This document shows positions 17,974-26,877 of a stretch of 64,000 nucleotides of DNA, piece after piece. The translations under genes were made by a program, and so were the position numbers. This DNA is from Clostridia bacterium (GTDB taxonomy: Bacteria > Bacillota > Clostridia > Christensenellales > CAG-138). The stretch spans positions 99,290 through 163,289 of the forward strand of contig JAGACA010000009.1 of assembly GCA_017614315.1 (NCBI GenBank), read 5' to 3'. The notes under the pieces are model-generated. The model searched no databases. It saw only the letters and a list, made by a program, of their open reading frames with translations, and had not been told where the DNA came from. Within the stretch, counting starts at the first letter, position 1. Every line of letters starts with the position of its first letter.

Positions 17974-19746
17974 ATGAACAGCTGCTGGTCTCTCGACGTG
18001 CTCTACAAGGGGTATGACGCTCCCGAATTCAAGAACGATCTCGCCGCGGCGGACGCCATAGTCGGCGAGATGAACGAAGCCGTGAAAACGCTGGATCCAT
18101 CGGATCCGAAGGGCTCGCTCCTTAAGCTTATCGCGCTTAAGGAAAAGCGCAGCGAGGTATTCTCGAAGCTCTTCTCGTTCTGCTCGCTCAGCCAGTCCAC
18201 CAACACGAAGGACGAAAACGCCGCCGCGTATATGGGACAGCTGATGGCCAAGTACAGCGCCATGACGAAGGCCGACACCGTTTTCGAGAAATTCGTGGCT
18301 TCGGTCGACGATCTCGACGCCGTGATCGCCTCGGATGAGATACTCACCGAGTACGCGTACATGCTCCGCAATATCAAGGCGAACTCGAAGCACCTCCTTT
18401 CCGAGGAGGCCGAGGAGATAATGTCGCTTTACGACATCTCCGGAGGCTCGGCGTGGAGCGACCTGCAGAGCATGCTGACATCCTCCGTCACCGCCGATTA
18501 CCGCGGCGAGAAGCTTACTCTCTCCGCCGTCAGGAATAAGGCCTACGATCCCGATCCCGCCGTCAGGAAGGACGCCTATGAAGCGGAACTCGCCTGCTAT
18601 CCTAAGATCGAGGAGCCGATCGCGGCCGCGCTTAACAACATTAAGCTCCAGGTCATAAACGAGTGCAGGCTCCGCGGCTTTGCTTCCCCGCTCGAGCAGA
18701 CGCTCTTCTATCAGGACATGAAGCGCGAAACGCTCGACGCGCTGTTCGCCGCGATGGACGAATACATGCCCATGTTCCGCGAGTATCTTAAGACCAAGGC
18801 CGCCGCCCTCGGGCACAAGAACGGGCTTCCCTGGTACGATCTGTTCGCGCCGATGGGCAGGAACGACCGCACGTATACGACCGAGGACGCGAAGGAATAC
18901 CTCCTTAACATCTTCGGCGGCTTCGACAAGGAGCTCCACGACATGGTCGAGCGCGCGTTCGACGAGAGCTGGATCGACTTTTACCCCCACGAGGGCAAGG
19001 TCGGCGGCGCTTTCTGCGCGGGGATCCGCTCCGCGGGTCAGAGCCGCGTGCTGACCAATTTCGACGGCTCTTTCAGCGACGTGGTGACGCTCGCACATGA
19101 GCTCGGGCACGCGTTCCACAACCTGAACGTGCTCGATCACCGCGTGCTGAACGACGATTACTCCATGCCGGTCGCGGAGACCGCCTCCACGTTCAACGAG
19201 CACGTCGTTATGGACGCGGCGATCGCGAAGGCTCAGGATCCCGCCGAGAAGCTCGCCCTCATCGAGAGCCAGCTGATGGACACCACCCAGATAATCGTCG
19301 ACATCTACTCGAGGTTCCTCATCGAGAGCGCGGTCTTCGAGAACCGCGAGGAGAGCTTCATGTTCCCCGACAGGCTCTCCGAGATGATGCTCGACGCGCA
19401 GAAGAAGGCCTACGGCGACGGGCTCGATCCCGAGTATCTGCACAAATACATGTGGATCTGCAAGAGCCATTACTATTCGAGCGGGCTTTCCTTCTACAAC
19501 TTCCCGTACGCCTTCGGCGGGCTCTTCGCCCGCGGGCTTTACGCGAAGTATCTCGCGGAGGGCGCGGCCTTCGTGCCGAAATACAAGGCGCTTCTGAACG
19601 CCACCCCCGTGAAGAGCGTCGAGGACGTCGCCCTCGTATGCGGCCTCGATATCACAACAAAGGATTTCTGGCGCATGAGCCTCGAATCCTACCGTGCGAA
19701 GATCGACGAGTTCAAAAAGCTCGTCAAAGAGGTGTATCACCTGTAA
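17974..19746 (+). CDS. pepF: M3B family oligoendopeptidase F
   Basis: HELGHAFH zinc motif with a downstream E ligand. About 590 aa, cytoplasmic. Confidence 0.85.
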   Translation: MNSCWSLDVLYKGYDAPEFKNDLAAADAIVGEMNEAVKTLDPSDPKGSLLKLIALKEKRSEVFSKLFSFCSLSQSTNTKDENAAAYMGQLMAKYSAMTKADTVFEKFVASVDDLDAVIASDEILTEYAYMLRNIKANSKHLLSEEAEEIMSLYDISGGSAWSDLQSMLTSSVTADYRGEKLTLSAVRNKAYDPDPAVRKDAYEAELACYPKIEEPIAAALNNIKLQVINECRLRGFASPLEQTLFYQDMKRETLDALFAAMDEYMPMFREYLKTKAAALGHKNGLPWYDLFAPMGRNDRTYTTEDAKEYLLNIFGGFDKELHDMVERAFDESWIDFYPHEGKVGGAFCAGIRSAGQSRVLTNFDGSFSDVVTLAHELGHAFHNLNVLDHRVLNDDYSMPVAETASTFNEHVVMDAAIAKAQDPAEKLALIESQLMDTTQIIVDIYSRFLIESAVFENREESFMFPDRLSEMMLDAQKKAYGDGLDPEYLHKYMWICKSHYYSSGLSFYNFPYAFGGLFARGLYAKYLAEGAAFVPKYKALLNATPVKSVEDVALVCGLDITTKDFWRMSLESYRAKIDEFKKLVKEVYHL

Positions 19747-19750
19747 GGCC

Positions 19751-20089
19751 ATGACCATAGACGTATTCGAACAGTATTTCAAGGCGGAGCTTACTTATAA
19801 CGGCGTGCCCCGCAGGGCGGCCGCGGTAAAGCTCACCTCGGATTCCGAGGCGGGCAGCATCCGCTATACCGTGAGCGTGAGCTTCTTCCCGCACACGGAC
19901 GACGAGGACTTCGCCGTATCGTACGACGCGTATTCCGAGCGTGAGATATTCTCCGCGAAGGGGCGCCGCTCGAAAAAGCGCGAGGCGGCGTTTATCGATT
20001 CCCTTCGTGAAACGGCCGACGCGATCGCTGCCGAAATGGGCGGCGCGATCAGCTGGAACGAGCCTTTGATCGAGGCAAGACGCGCATAG
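19751..20089 (+). CDS. hypothetical protein
   Basis: An ATG 5 nt after the pepF stop gives MTIDVFEQYF.... Coding-like GC3. I recognise no motif. Confidence 0.5.
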   Translation: MTIDVFEQYFKAELTYNGVPRRAAAVKLTSDSEAGSIRYTVSVSFFPHTDDEDFAVSYDAYSEREIFSAKGRRSKKREAAFIDSLRETADAIAAEMGGAISWNEPLIEARRA

Positions 20090-20104
20090 GCAAAGAGGTG
20101 TGAT

Positions 20105-21214
20105 ATGAACGTTATACTGATGGGGCTCACAAAGCATTTCCCGTCGAAGAACAAGCGGTCGAAGGAGGTCGTCGTCGCCGTTGACGACCTGTCGTTCGAG
20201 ATACCCGACGGTCAGCTCGTGGGGCTTCTGGGACCCTCCGGCTGCGGGAAAACGACGACCTTGAACCTTATCTCCGGGCTTGAAAAGCCGACGGCGGGCA
20301 GCATATTCTTCGGCAAGGACGACGTTACGACCGTTCCTCCCGAGATGCGCGGCGTGGGGCTGGTATTCCAGAACTACGCGCTGTATCCGCACATGACGGT
20401 TTTGCAGAACATACTCTTCCCGCTCGAGAACCTGAAGGGCGACAAAAAGCTTTCGAAGGAAGAGATGCTCAAGCGCGCGCACGACGCGGCGGATCTCGTG
20501 CAGATAACGGAGCTTCTTGAAAGGAAGCCCGCGGAGCTTTCCGGCGGTCAGCAGCAGCGCGCCGCCATCGCCCGCGCCCTCGTCAAGATGCCGAAGATAC
20601 TGCTCCTTGACGAGCCGCTCTCGAACCTCGACGCGAGGCTCCGCCTGCAGACGCGCGAGGAGCTTCGCCGCATACAGCGCGAGACCGGCATAACCACCGT
20701 TTTCGTAACGCACGATCAGGAGGAGGCCATGAGCATCTCCGATATGATCGTGGTCATGAAGGACGGCTCGCTGAACCAGAAGGGCCGTCCGCAGGAGGTA
20801 TACGACGATCCCGTTAACCTCTTCGTCGCGAAGTTCCTCGGCAATCCGCCCATAAACGTGTTCCGCGGCGAGGTCAGGAACGAAAAGCTCTTCATCGGGC
20901 AGGAAGCCGTCATGGACGCTCCCTTATACCCGAACGGTCCCGTCACCGTGGGCATACGCCCCGAGGGCTTCGTGCCGAACGACGGCGGGCGATTCACCTG
21001 CGGCCTCGTCGGCGTGGAGGTGATGGGCAGGGACACGAGCGTCGTCTGCTCGCATCCCGAGTTCGAAGGCGCGAGCATCCGCGCGATAGTCAGCTCGGAA
21101 AACAACGTCGACGCCTCGAAAAAAACCGTGGTGTTCGATCTTAAGCCGAACAAGGTGTTCCTGTTCGACGTCGATACCGGACGCCGCTTGAGGCCGGGGA
21201 GAGGTTCAAGATGA
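20105..21214 (+). CDS. sugar ABC transporter ATP-binding protein (MalK/MsmX/UgpC type with C-terminal regulatory domain)
   Basis: Walker A GPSGCGKTT, signature LSGGQQQR, Walker B LLLDEPLSNLD, and a TOBE-like C-terminal extension. Confidence 0.9.
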   Translation: MNVILMGLTKHFPSKNKRSKEVVVAVDDLSFEIPDGQLVGLLGPSGCGKTTTLNLISGLEKPTAGSIFFGKDDVTTVPPEMRGVGLVFQNYALYPHMTVLQNILFPLENLKGDKKLSKEEMLKRAHDAADLVQITELLERKPAELSGGQQQRAAIARALVKMPKILLLDEPLSNLDARLRLQTREELRRIQRETGITTVFVTHDQEEAMSISDMIVVMKDGSLNQKGRPQEVYDDPVNLFVAKFLGNPPINVFRGEVRNEKLFIGQEAVMDAPLYPNGPVTVGIRPEGFVPNDGGRFTCGLVGVEVMGRDTSVVCSHPEFEGASIRAIVSSENNVDASKKTVVFDLKPNKVFLFDVDTGRRLRPGRGSR

Positions 21215-22101
21215 AAAAGAGCGGCCTCAAAGCATGGCTGTACCTCCTGCCCTCTTTGATATTCCTGGGCTTTTTCATGGTGTACCCCCTCGTGGACGTG
21301 CTCGTTTACTCGCTCGAGGAGGGCTATAACTCCGCCTCGCAGACTTTCTCGGGAGTGGGGCTTTATAACTATGCCTACGTGCTCCGCGATCCGTACTTCC
21401 TGCAGGCGGTCAAGAACACGTTCATACTCGTCATAATCACCGTTCCGGTCTCGACCGGGCTCGCGCTCCTCATATCGCTGGGCCTGAGCTCCATCGGAAA
21501 GCTCCGCGAGCTTTTCAGGACGATCTACTTTCTCCCCTACGTCACCAACACCCTCGCGGTCGGTCTCGTTTTCATGATACTGTTCAAGAAGACGCCCTAC
21601 ACCGACGGCATGGTGAACATGCTAATAGGCCTTTTCGGCGGCAAGTCGGTCGACTTCATCGAGGGGCCTTACTGGGCGAAGATGTTCGTGCTGTGCTTCT
21701 ATACGGTGTGGATAGTCCTGCCGTTCAAGATACTGATACTGACCAGCGCGCTCGCCTCCGTCAACAAGGATTATTACAGCGCGGCGAGGGTCGACGGCGC
21801 GTCGGGCTTCCGCATATTCGCCCGCATAACCGTGCCCATGATCTCGCCCATGCTGTTCTACCTCATAATAACGGGCTTCATCGGCGCGTTCAAGGCGTAT
21901 TCCGACTCGGTCGCGCTCTTCGGCACGAACCTGAACGCCGCGGGCATGAACACGATAGTCGGCTACATTTACGACATGCTCTACGGCGACAGCGGCGGAT
22001 ACCCCTCTTATGCTTCGGCGGCGGCGCTCATACTGTTCGCGATCGTGTTCACTATTACGGTGATCAACCTCTTCATAAGCAGGAAGAAGGTGAACGCGTG
22101 A
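21211..22101 (+). CDS. carbohydrate ABC transporter permease (MalF/UgpA-like)
   Basis: Six-TM BPD_transp_1 fold with EAA-type loop (AARVDGASGFRIFARITVP). Start overlaps the upstream stop. Confidence 0.85.
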   Translation: MKKSGLKAWLYLLPSLIFLGFFMVYPLVDVLVYSLEEGYNSASQTFSGVGLYNYAYVLRDPYFLQAVKNTFILVIITVPVSTGLALLISLGLSSIGKLRELFRTIYFLPYVTNTLAVGLVFMILFKKTPYTDGMVNMLIGLFGGKSVDFIEGPYWAKMFVLCFYTVWIVLPFKILILTSALASVNKDYYSAARVDGASGFRIFARITVPMISPMLFYLIITGFIGAFKAYSDSVALFGTNLNAAGMNTIVGYIYDMLYGDSGGYPSYASAAALILFAIVFTITVINLFISRKKVNA

Positions 22102-22102
22102 T

Positions 22103-22969
22103 ATGAACGAGTACGAAAAGGCCGAAAGGCGGGCGGCGAAAAGGAAGCGCGCTGTAAAGACGATAACCATAATACTGCTTTCGGTATGGGCGCTCATCGT
22201 GCTGTTCCCGTTCTACTGGATGGTGCTCTCGTCGATAAAGAGCTACGGCTCCTACAACTCGGAGCGCATACCGAAGTTCATCGCCGAGGCGCCGACGCTT
22301 CAAAACTACATCTCGGCGTTCACCGAGGTGCCCCTCGCCAAGTATTTCCTGAACACGCTCGTTTTCACCGTGATAACGACCGCGCTGATGCTGATCGTTA
22401 CGGTGCTGGCGGCGTTCGCCTTCGCGAGGCTCGATTTCAAGGGCAAGAACGTGGTTTTCGCGCTGTTCCTCGCGCTTATGATGATCCCGAACGAGCTCGT
22501 CATAATCACGAATTTCCAGACGATAACCAATATGGGGCTCCGGAACACCTTCCACGGCCTCGTGCTGCCCTCGGTCACGTCGGTGTTCTACATATACCTT
22601 TTGAAGGAGAACTTCGAGAACATACCCGACGAGCTCTATAAGGCTGCTAAGGTCGACGGGACGAGCGACATGAAATACCTCCTTAAGGTCATGCTGCCCA
22701 TCTCCCGCCCGACGATAATAACGATAACGATACTGAAGGTCATCGAGTGCTGGAACTCCTACGTCTGGCCGAGGCTCATCACCGACGACAAGGCGCGGTT
22801 CCTCGTGTCGAACGGCATACAGGAGATCCGCGAGAACGGCTTCGGCCGCGAGAACATACCCGCCATGATGGCGGCGGTCGTGGTCATTTCCGTCCCGCTC
22901 ATAATACTGTTCTTCATATTCCGCAAGAAGATCATGGAGGGCGTCGCGAGAGGAGGCACCAAGGGATGA
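22103..22969 (+). CDS. carbohydrate ABC transporter permease (MalG/UgpE-like)
   Basis: EAA loop AAKVDGTSDMKYLLKVMLP. Six predicted TM segments. Confidence 0.85.
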   Translation: MNEYEKAERRAAKRKRAVKTITIILLSVWALIVLFPFYWMVLSSIKSYGSYNSERIPKFIAEAPTLQNYISAFTEVPLAKYFLNTLVFTVITTALMLIVTVLAAFAFARLDFKGKNVVFALFLALMMIPNELVIITNFQTITNMGLRNTFHGLVLPSVTSVFYIYLLKENFENIPDELYKAAKVDGTSDMKYLLKVMLPISRPTIITITILKVIECWNSYVWPRLITDDKARFLVSNGIQEIRENGFGRENIPAMMAAVVVISVPLIILFFIFRKKIMEGVARGGTKG

Positions 22970-24552
22970 AAAAAGCGCTTTGTCTTTTGCTTTCCGTTCT
23001 GCTCCTCGTCCCCCTCTTTTCCGCCTGTCACGGCTCTAAGGGCTTGAAGGCGTTCGAGTTGCCCGAAGCGTTCGACGAGACCCGTGAATACACCGTCGTC
23101 TTCTGGGCGAAGAACGATACCAACAAGACCCAGGTGAACATCTATAAAAAGGCGATCGAGGATTTCGAGGCGCTCTATCCCAATATCCGCGTGGAGCTTC
23201 GCCTCTATACCGATTACGGCAAGATCTACAACGACGTAATAACGAATATCTCCACCGGCACCACGCCGAACGTCTGCATAACCTATCCCGACCACATCGC
23301 GACCTACCTTACGGGCGAGAACGTCATGGTGCCGCTCGACGCGCTGATGGACGATCCGCGCTACGGTCTGGGCGGGAGCGAGGTAAGGTTCGACTCCCCG
23401 AAGAGGGACGAGGTCATCACCCGCTATCTCGACGAGGGCGTTATCGGCGGCGAGCATTGGGCGCTGCCCTTCATGCGCTCCACCGAGGCGCTTTACGTCA
23501 ACCGCGATTACGTCGAGAAGCTGGGCTATACCCTGCCCGACGTGGTGACCTGGGACTTCATATGGGAGGTCTCCGAGGCGGCGCTCCGAAAAAATGACGA
23601 CGGCACGTACTTCTTAAACGGCGGCACGGTGATGATACCCTTCATCTATAAGTCCTCGGACAATATGATGATCCAGTATCTTAAGCAGGCCGGCGCGGGG
23701 TATTCCGACGGCGACGGGACCATCGGGATATTCAACGAAACGACCGAGAGCTTCCTTTACGAGATCGCGGAGCACGCGAAGAGCCGCGCCTTCTCGACGT
23801 TCAAGATATCGAGCTATCCCGGCAATTTCCTGAACGCCGGGCAGTGCGTGTTCGGCATAGACTCGACCGCCGGCGCGACGTGGATGGGCTCGAAGGCGGG
23901 ACACCAGGACATCTCCTCGGACAAGCTCGCCGATTTCGAGATGGCGGTGCTCCCCATCCCCCAGCTCGATCCCGACCACCCCGTGATGATATCGCAGGGG
24001 CCGTCCGTGACGATATTCAACAAGCCCGACTCCGGCGAGGTGCTCGCGTCGTGGCTGTTCGCGCAGTTCCTTCTGACCAACGGCGTTCAGATCGCCTACG
24101 CCCAGACCGAGGGCTACGTTCCCGTTACGGAAAAGGCGCGTAAGGATCCCGCGTACGCCGACTACCTCGCCCGCGCGGGCGAGGACGCCGACCTTCACTA
24201 TTCGGTAAAGCTCGCGGCGACGAAGCTGCTTCTTGAAAACGTCGAGAACACCTTCATCACCCCCGTGTTCAACGGCTCGGCTTCGCTGCGCGACGCGGCG
24301 GGCCAGCTTATCGAGAGCACGGCGAAGTCCGCGAGGAGGAACGAGACCGTCGACAAGGCCTATATGGAGAAGCTGTTCAAGAACGTCAACGCGCTTTACA
24401 GGCTCGATCAGCGCGGCGAAAACGCCGTCGGCAAGAAGGAGCTCGGGCCCATGCCCGCGTCTTCGATAGCGCTCCTCTCCGCCCTCGGCGCGGCTTGGAT
24501 AGGCATCGGCGCTTACGTGTTAATAAATATTGCCAAAAAGAAAAAAAGGTAG
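22966..24552 (+). CDS. extracellular solute-binding lipoprotein (family 1) with extra C-terminal TM anchor
   Basis: The ATG at 22966 gives MKKALCLLLSVLLLVPLFSAC (lipobox). SBP_bac_1-like body. C-terminus SSIALLSALGAAWIGIGAYVLINIAKKKKR is a TM helix plus basic tail. Confidence 0.8.
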   Translation: MKKALCLLLSVLLLVPLFSACHGSKGLKAFELPEAFDETREYTVVFWAKNDTNKTQVNIYKKAIEDFEALYPNIRVELRLYTDYGKIYNDVITNISTGTTPNVCITYPDHIATYLTGENVMVPLDALMDDPRYGLGGSEVRFDSPKRDEVITRYLDEGVIGGEHWALPFMRSTEALYVNRDYVEKLGYTLPDVVTWDFIWEVSEAALRKNDDGTYFLNGGTVMIPFIYKSSDNMMIQYLKQAGAGYSDGDGTIGIFNETTESFLYEIAEHAKSRAFSTFKISSYPGNFLNAGQCVFGIDSTAGATWMGSKAGHQDISSDKLADFEMAVLPIPQLDPDHPVMISQGPSVTIFNKPDSGEVLASWLFAQFLLTNGVQIAYAQTEGYVPVTEKARKDPAYADYLARAGEDADLHYSVKLAATKLLLENVENTFITPVFNGSASLRDAAGQLIESTAKSARRNETVDKAYMEKLFKNVNALYRLDQRGENAVGKKELGPMPASSIALLSALGAAWIGIGAYVLINIAKKKKR

Positions 24553-24600
24553 TATAATAACCCCAAGTGCGATAATGCATAATAATATCGGAGGATAAAT

Positions 24601-25341
24601 ATGAAAAAGCTTTCTGCACTCATTCTCGCGGTTCTCTTCCTTGCCGCCGTATGCACCGGCTGCAAGAAGCCCGCTGATCCCAACGCCAAGGGCGAGGGCG
24701 TCATGACCTACGCCGAGTACATCGCCGCCGCCGTCGACGCTCCCGTCGTCATCGAGACCTTCGTCCAGGCCAAGCAGTCCTGGTGGGACAACAAGGCGAC
24801 CCTCTACACCCAGGATCAGGACGGCGCCTACTTCATCTACAACATGACCTGCTCCGAGGCCGATTACGCCAAGCTCGTTCCCGGCACGAAGATCAAGGTC
24901 ACCGGCTTCAAGGGCGAGTGGTCCGGCGAAGTCGAGGTCGCCGAGGGCGCGACCTTCGAGATCGAGGAGGGCTCCTACATAGCGACCGCCGTTGACCTCA
25001 CCGGCCTCTTCGGCACCGATGAGCTCATCAAGCACCAGAACGAGTTCTTCGCCGTCAAGGGCGCGGTCGTCGAGGCCATCGGCCAGAACGACGCGGGCGA
25101 GGACGTCGCGTTCTTCTACAAGTGGAACAACTCCGGCGAGGACGGCGACGACCTTTACTTCAAGGTAAAGATCAACGGTCAGGTCTTCACCTTTACCGTC
25201 GAGAGCTACCTCTGCGATAAGACCACCGACGTTTACGCGGCCGTCAAGGCGCTCAAGGTCGGCGACGTCATCGACCTCGAGGGATTCCTTTATTGGTACG
25301 AGGGCGCGAACCCCCATATCACGAAGGTAGTGGTTAAATAA
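24601..25341 (+). CDS. predicted lipoprotein with two OB-fold-like modules, unknown function
   Basis: MKKLSALILAVLFLAAVCTGC lipobox. Internally repeated GxKIKVTGFKGEW / GDVIDLEGFLYWYEG segments. Confidence 0.65.
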   Translation: MKKLSALILAVLFLAAVCTGCKKPADPNAKGEGVMTYAEYIAAAVDAPVVIETFVQAKQSWWDNKATLYTQDQDGAYFIYNMTCSEADYAKLVPGTKIKVTGFKGEWSGEVEVAEGATFEIEEGSYIATAVDLTGLFGTDELIKHQNEFFAVKGAVVEAIGQNDAGEDVAFFYKWNNSGEDGDDLYFKVKINGQVFTFTVESYLCDKTTDVYAAVKALKVGDVIDLEGFLYWYEGANPHITKVVVK

Positions 25342-25343
25342 TC
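25295..25343 (+). repeat. direct repeat copy 1 (last 15 codons plus stop of the lipoprotein gene)
   Basis: 48 of 49 nt identical to 25581-25629. Confidence 0.85.
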
Positions 25344-25580
25344 TTCCCGTACACAAAACCCCGCTCATTCCGAGAACGCTCAAGGAAACGGGCGGGTGTT
25401 TCATTAAAAGAAAAACACGGAGCAAAAGGCTTTGGCTCTTTGCCCCGTGTTTCTATGTACTGTTGCTGCGGAAATATCTCGCAGGAGCGGCCTTACTTGC
25501 TTGGCTTATCGCGGTCTTGCGGCTGTCGCGCCGCGCCCGCGCTGACCCGCGCGGCTCGCTAAGCTCGCGGACTTACGTCC

Positions 25581-25629
25581 GGTACGAGGGCGCGAACCCC
25601 CATATCACGAAGGTAGTGGATAAATAATC
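25581..25629 (+). repeat. direct repeat copy 2 (orphan copy of the gene tail, followed by the terminator)
   Basis: GGTACGAGGGCGCGAACCCCCATATCACGAAGGTAGTGGATAAATAATC. Confidence 0.85.
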
Positions 25630-25638
25630 ACGCAGTTC

Positions 25639-25674
25639 AACAGAGCCCCGCTTCGGCGGGGCTCTGTTGTTTTT
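25639..25674 (+). terminator. intrinsic terminator following the second copy of the lipoprotein gene tail
   Basis: AACAGAGCCCCGC-TTCG-GCGGGGCTCTGTT followed by GTTTTT. Confidence 0.85.
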
Positions 25675-25691
25675 ACGCTAAAAATAATATA

Positions 25692-25710
25692 TTTTACGAT
25701 AATCGTAAAA
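25692..25710. promoter_or_regulatory. perfect 19-bp palindrome TTTTACGATAATCGTAAAA (candidate operator 1)
   Basis: Lies just upstream of the -35 of the DUF2975/HTH operon. It shares the core ACGATAATCGT with the second palindrome. Confidence 0.6.
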
Positions 25711-25716
25711 TACCTG

Positions 25717-25745
25717 TTGACAAACGTTAAGACAGGGTGTATCAT
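25717..25745 (+). promoter_or_regulatory. sigma-A promoter (TTGACA-17-TATCAT) of the DUF2975-HTH operon
   Basis: TTGACA at 25717-25722 and TATCAT at 25740-25745. Confidence 0.6.
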
Positions 25746-25756
25746 ATGCCCGCAAG

Positions 25757-25773
25757 TTAACGATAATCGTTAA
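25757..25773. promoter_or_regulatory. perfect 17-bp palindrome TTAACGATAATCGTTAA (candidate operator 2)
   Basis: Lies 12 nt downstream of the -10. Same ACGATAATCGT core. Confidence 0.6.
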
Positions 25774-25803
25774 ATATTTAACGAAGAGCTTGGGAGGTAA
25801 CAT

Positions 25804-26514
25804 ATGAACGCTTCGATAAAGAAAAAGGTTAACGGCATAGGCCTCGCCGGCAAGATCGTCTCGATCGTACTCATCGTGCTGATGGGGCTCGGCTGCTTCG
25901 GGCTGCTGGTCGGAACGATATTCTTCGCGGTGATCCCGAAGGACGCGGTTCTGCTTGACGTAAATCCGAGCTTTGACGTGATCCTATCCAAGGAACTTTT
26001 CGGGGACTATTTTGTAAAGATCACCGATGAGGACATGGACGAGCTCAACCGCAGATTTAACGACGAGATAAACACCGATAACAGCCATGTGGAAATGACG
26101 GCGTCGGAAACCGACGAGGGCATCGTCATGGCAGTCAAAACCGAGACCTATCGGTTCTCCGTTTCGCAGCTCTTCCCCGTCTGTCTGTCCGCGCTGATCC
26201 GCTGCGCGACAATGCTGGTGATATTCGTATTCCTTCTCCGCCTTGCCGACGCGTTCCGCGTATGCGGATCGCCCTTTGAGGACGGCGTTATCAGGAGGAT
26301 GATGACATTCGCGTGGGTGCTCCTCGGCGGCGCGGTGCTTATGGGCTTAAGCTTCACCGGTTCGATAAGCGGCATGGGCATATACGGCGGTTTCGGGAAG
26401 ATGAATTACTCCGTGCGCTTCGCCCCCGTTCTGATCGCGCTGATCGTGCTCTTCCTCGCTTCCGTCTTCCGCTACGGCGCGAAGCTCCAGAAGGAATCCG
26501 ACGAAACACTCTGA
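25804..26514 (+). CDS. DUF2975-type integral membrane protein
   Basis: Polytopic membrane protein directly followed by a YozG-like HTH gene. This is the usual DUF2975/HTH pairing. Confidence 0.7.
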   Translation: MNASIKKKVNGIGLAGKIVSIVLIVLMGLGCFGLLVGTIFFAVIPKDAVLLDVNPSFDVILSKELFGDYFVKITDEDMDELNRRFNDEINTDNSHVEMTASETDEGIVMAVKTETYRFSVSQLFPVCLSALIRCATMLVIFVFLLRLADAFRVCGSPFEDGVIRRMMTFAWVLLGGAVLMGLSFTGSISGMGIYGGFGKMNYSVRFAPVLIALIVLFLASVFRYGAKLQKESDETL

Positions 26515-26523
26515 GGTGGGACT

Positions 26524-26748
26524 ATGGGCAAGATAATCTTAAGGCTCGACCGCGTAATGGCCGACCGCAAGATGAGCCTGAACGAGCTTTCCGAGAAGGT
26601 CGGCGTCGCGAACGTGAACCTGTCGAAGCTCAAGAACGGGCATATCTCGGCGGTGCGCTTCTCCACACTCTCCGCGATCTGCGAGGCGCTCTCCTGCCAG
26701 CCGGGCGATATACTGGAATACGACCCGACTGCGGAAGAAGAGGAATGA
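26524..26748 (+). CDS. XRE/Cro-C1 family HTH transcriptional regulator (YozG-like)
   Basis: 74 aa. LDRVMADRKMSLNELSEKVGVANVNLSKLKNG matches HTH_26/XRE. Confidence 0.85.
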   Translation: MGKIILRLDRVMADRKMSLNELSEKVGVANVNLSKLKNGHISAVRFSTLSAICEALSCQPGDILEYDPTAEEEE

Positions 26749-26758
26749 ATCGTTTTAT

Positions 26759-26799
26759 AACGGCTCCCGGCGTTATGTCGGGAGCCGTTTTCCTTTTTC
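26759..26799 (+). terminator. intrinsic terminator of the DUF2975-HTH operon
   Basis: AACGGCTCCCG...CGGGAGCCGTT followed by TTCCTTTTT. Confidence 0.8.
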
Positions 26800-26814
26800 G
26801 GGCTTTTCTCCTCC

Positions 26815-26843
26815 TTGCGCCTAAATCCTTAATATGTTATAAT
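26815..26843 (+). promoter_or_regulatory. sigma-A promoter for lysK (TTGCGC-17-TGtTATAAT)
   Basis: Hexamers at 26815-26820 and 26838-26843. Confidence 0.5.
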
Positions 26844-26877
26844 GAATTGTTATAATGTTTCCTTTGGAGGTATACCC

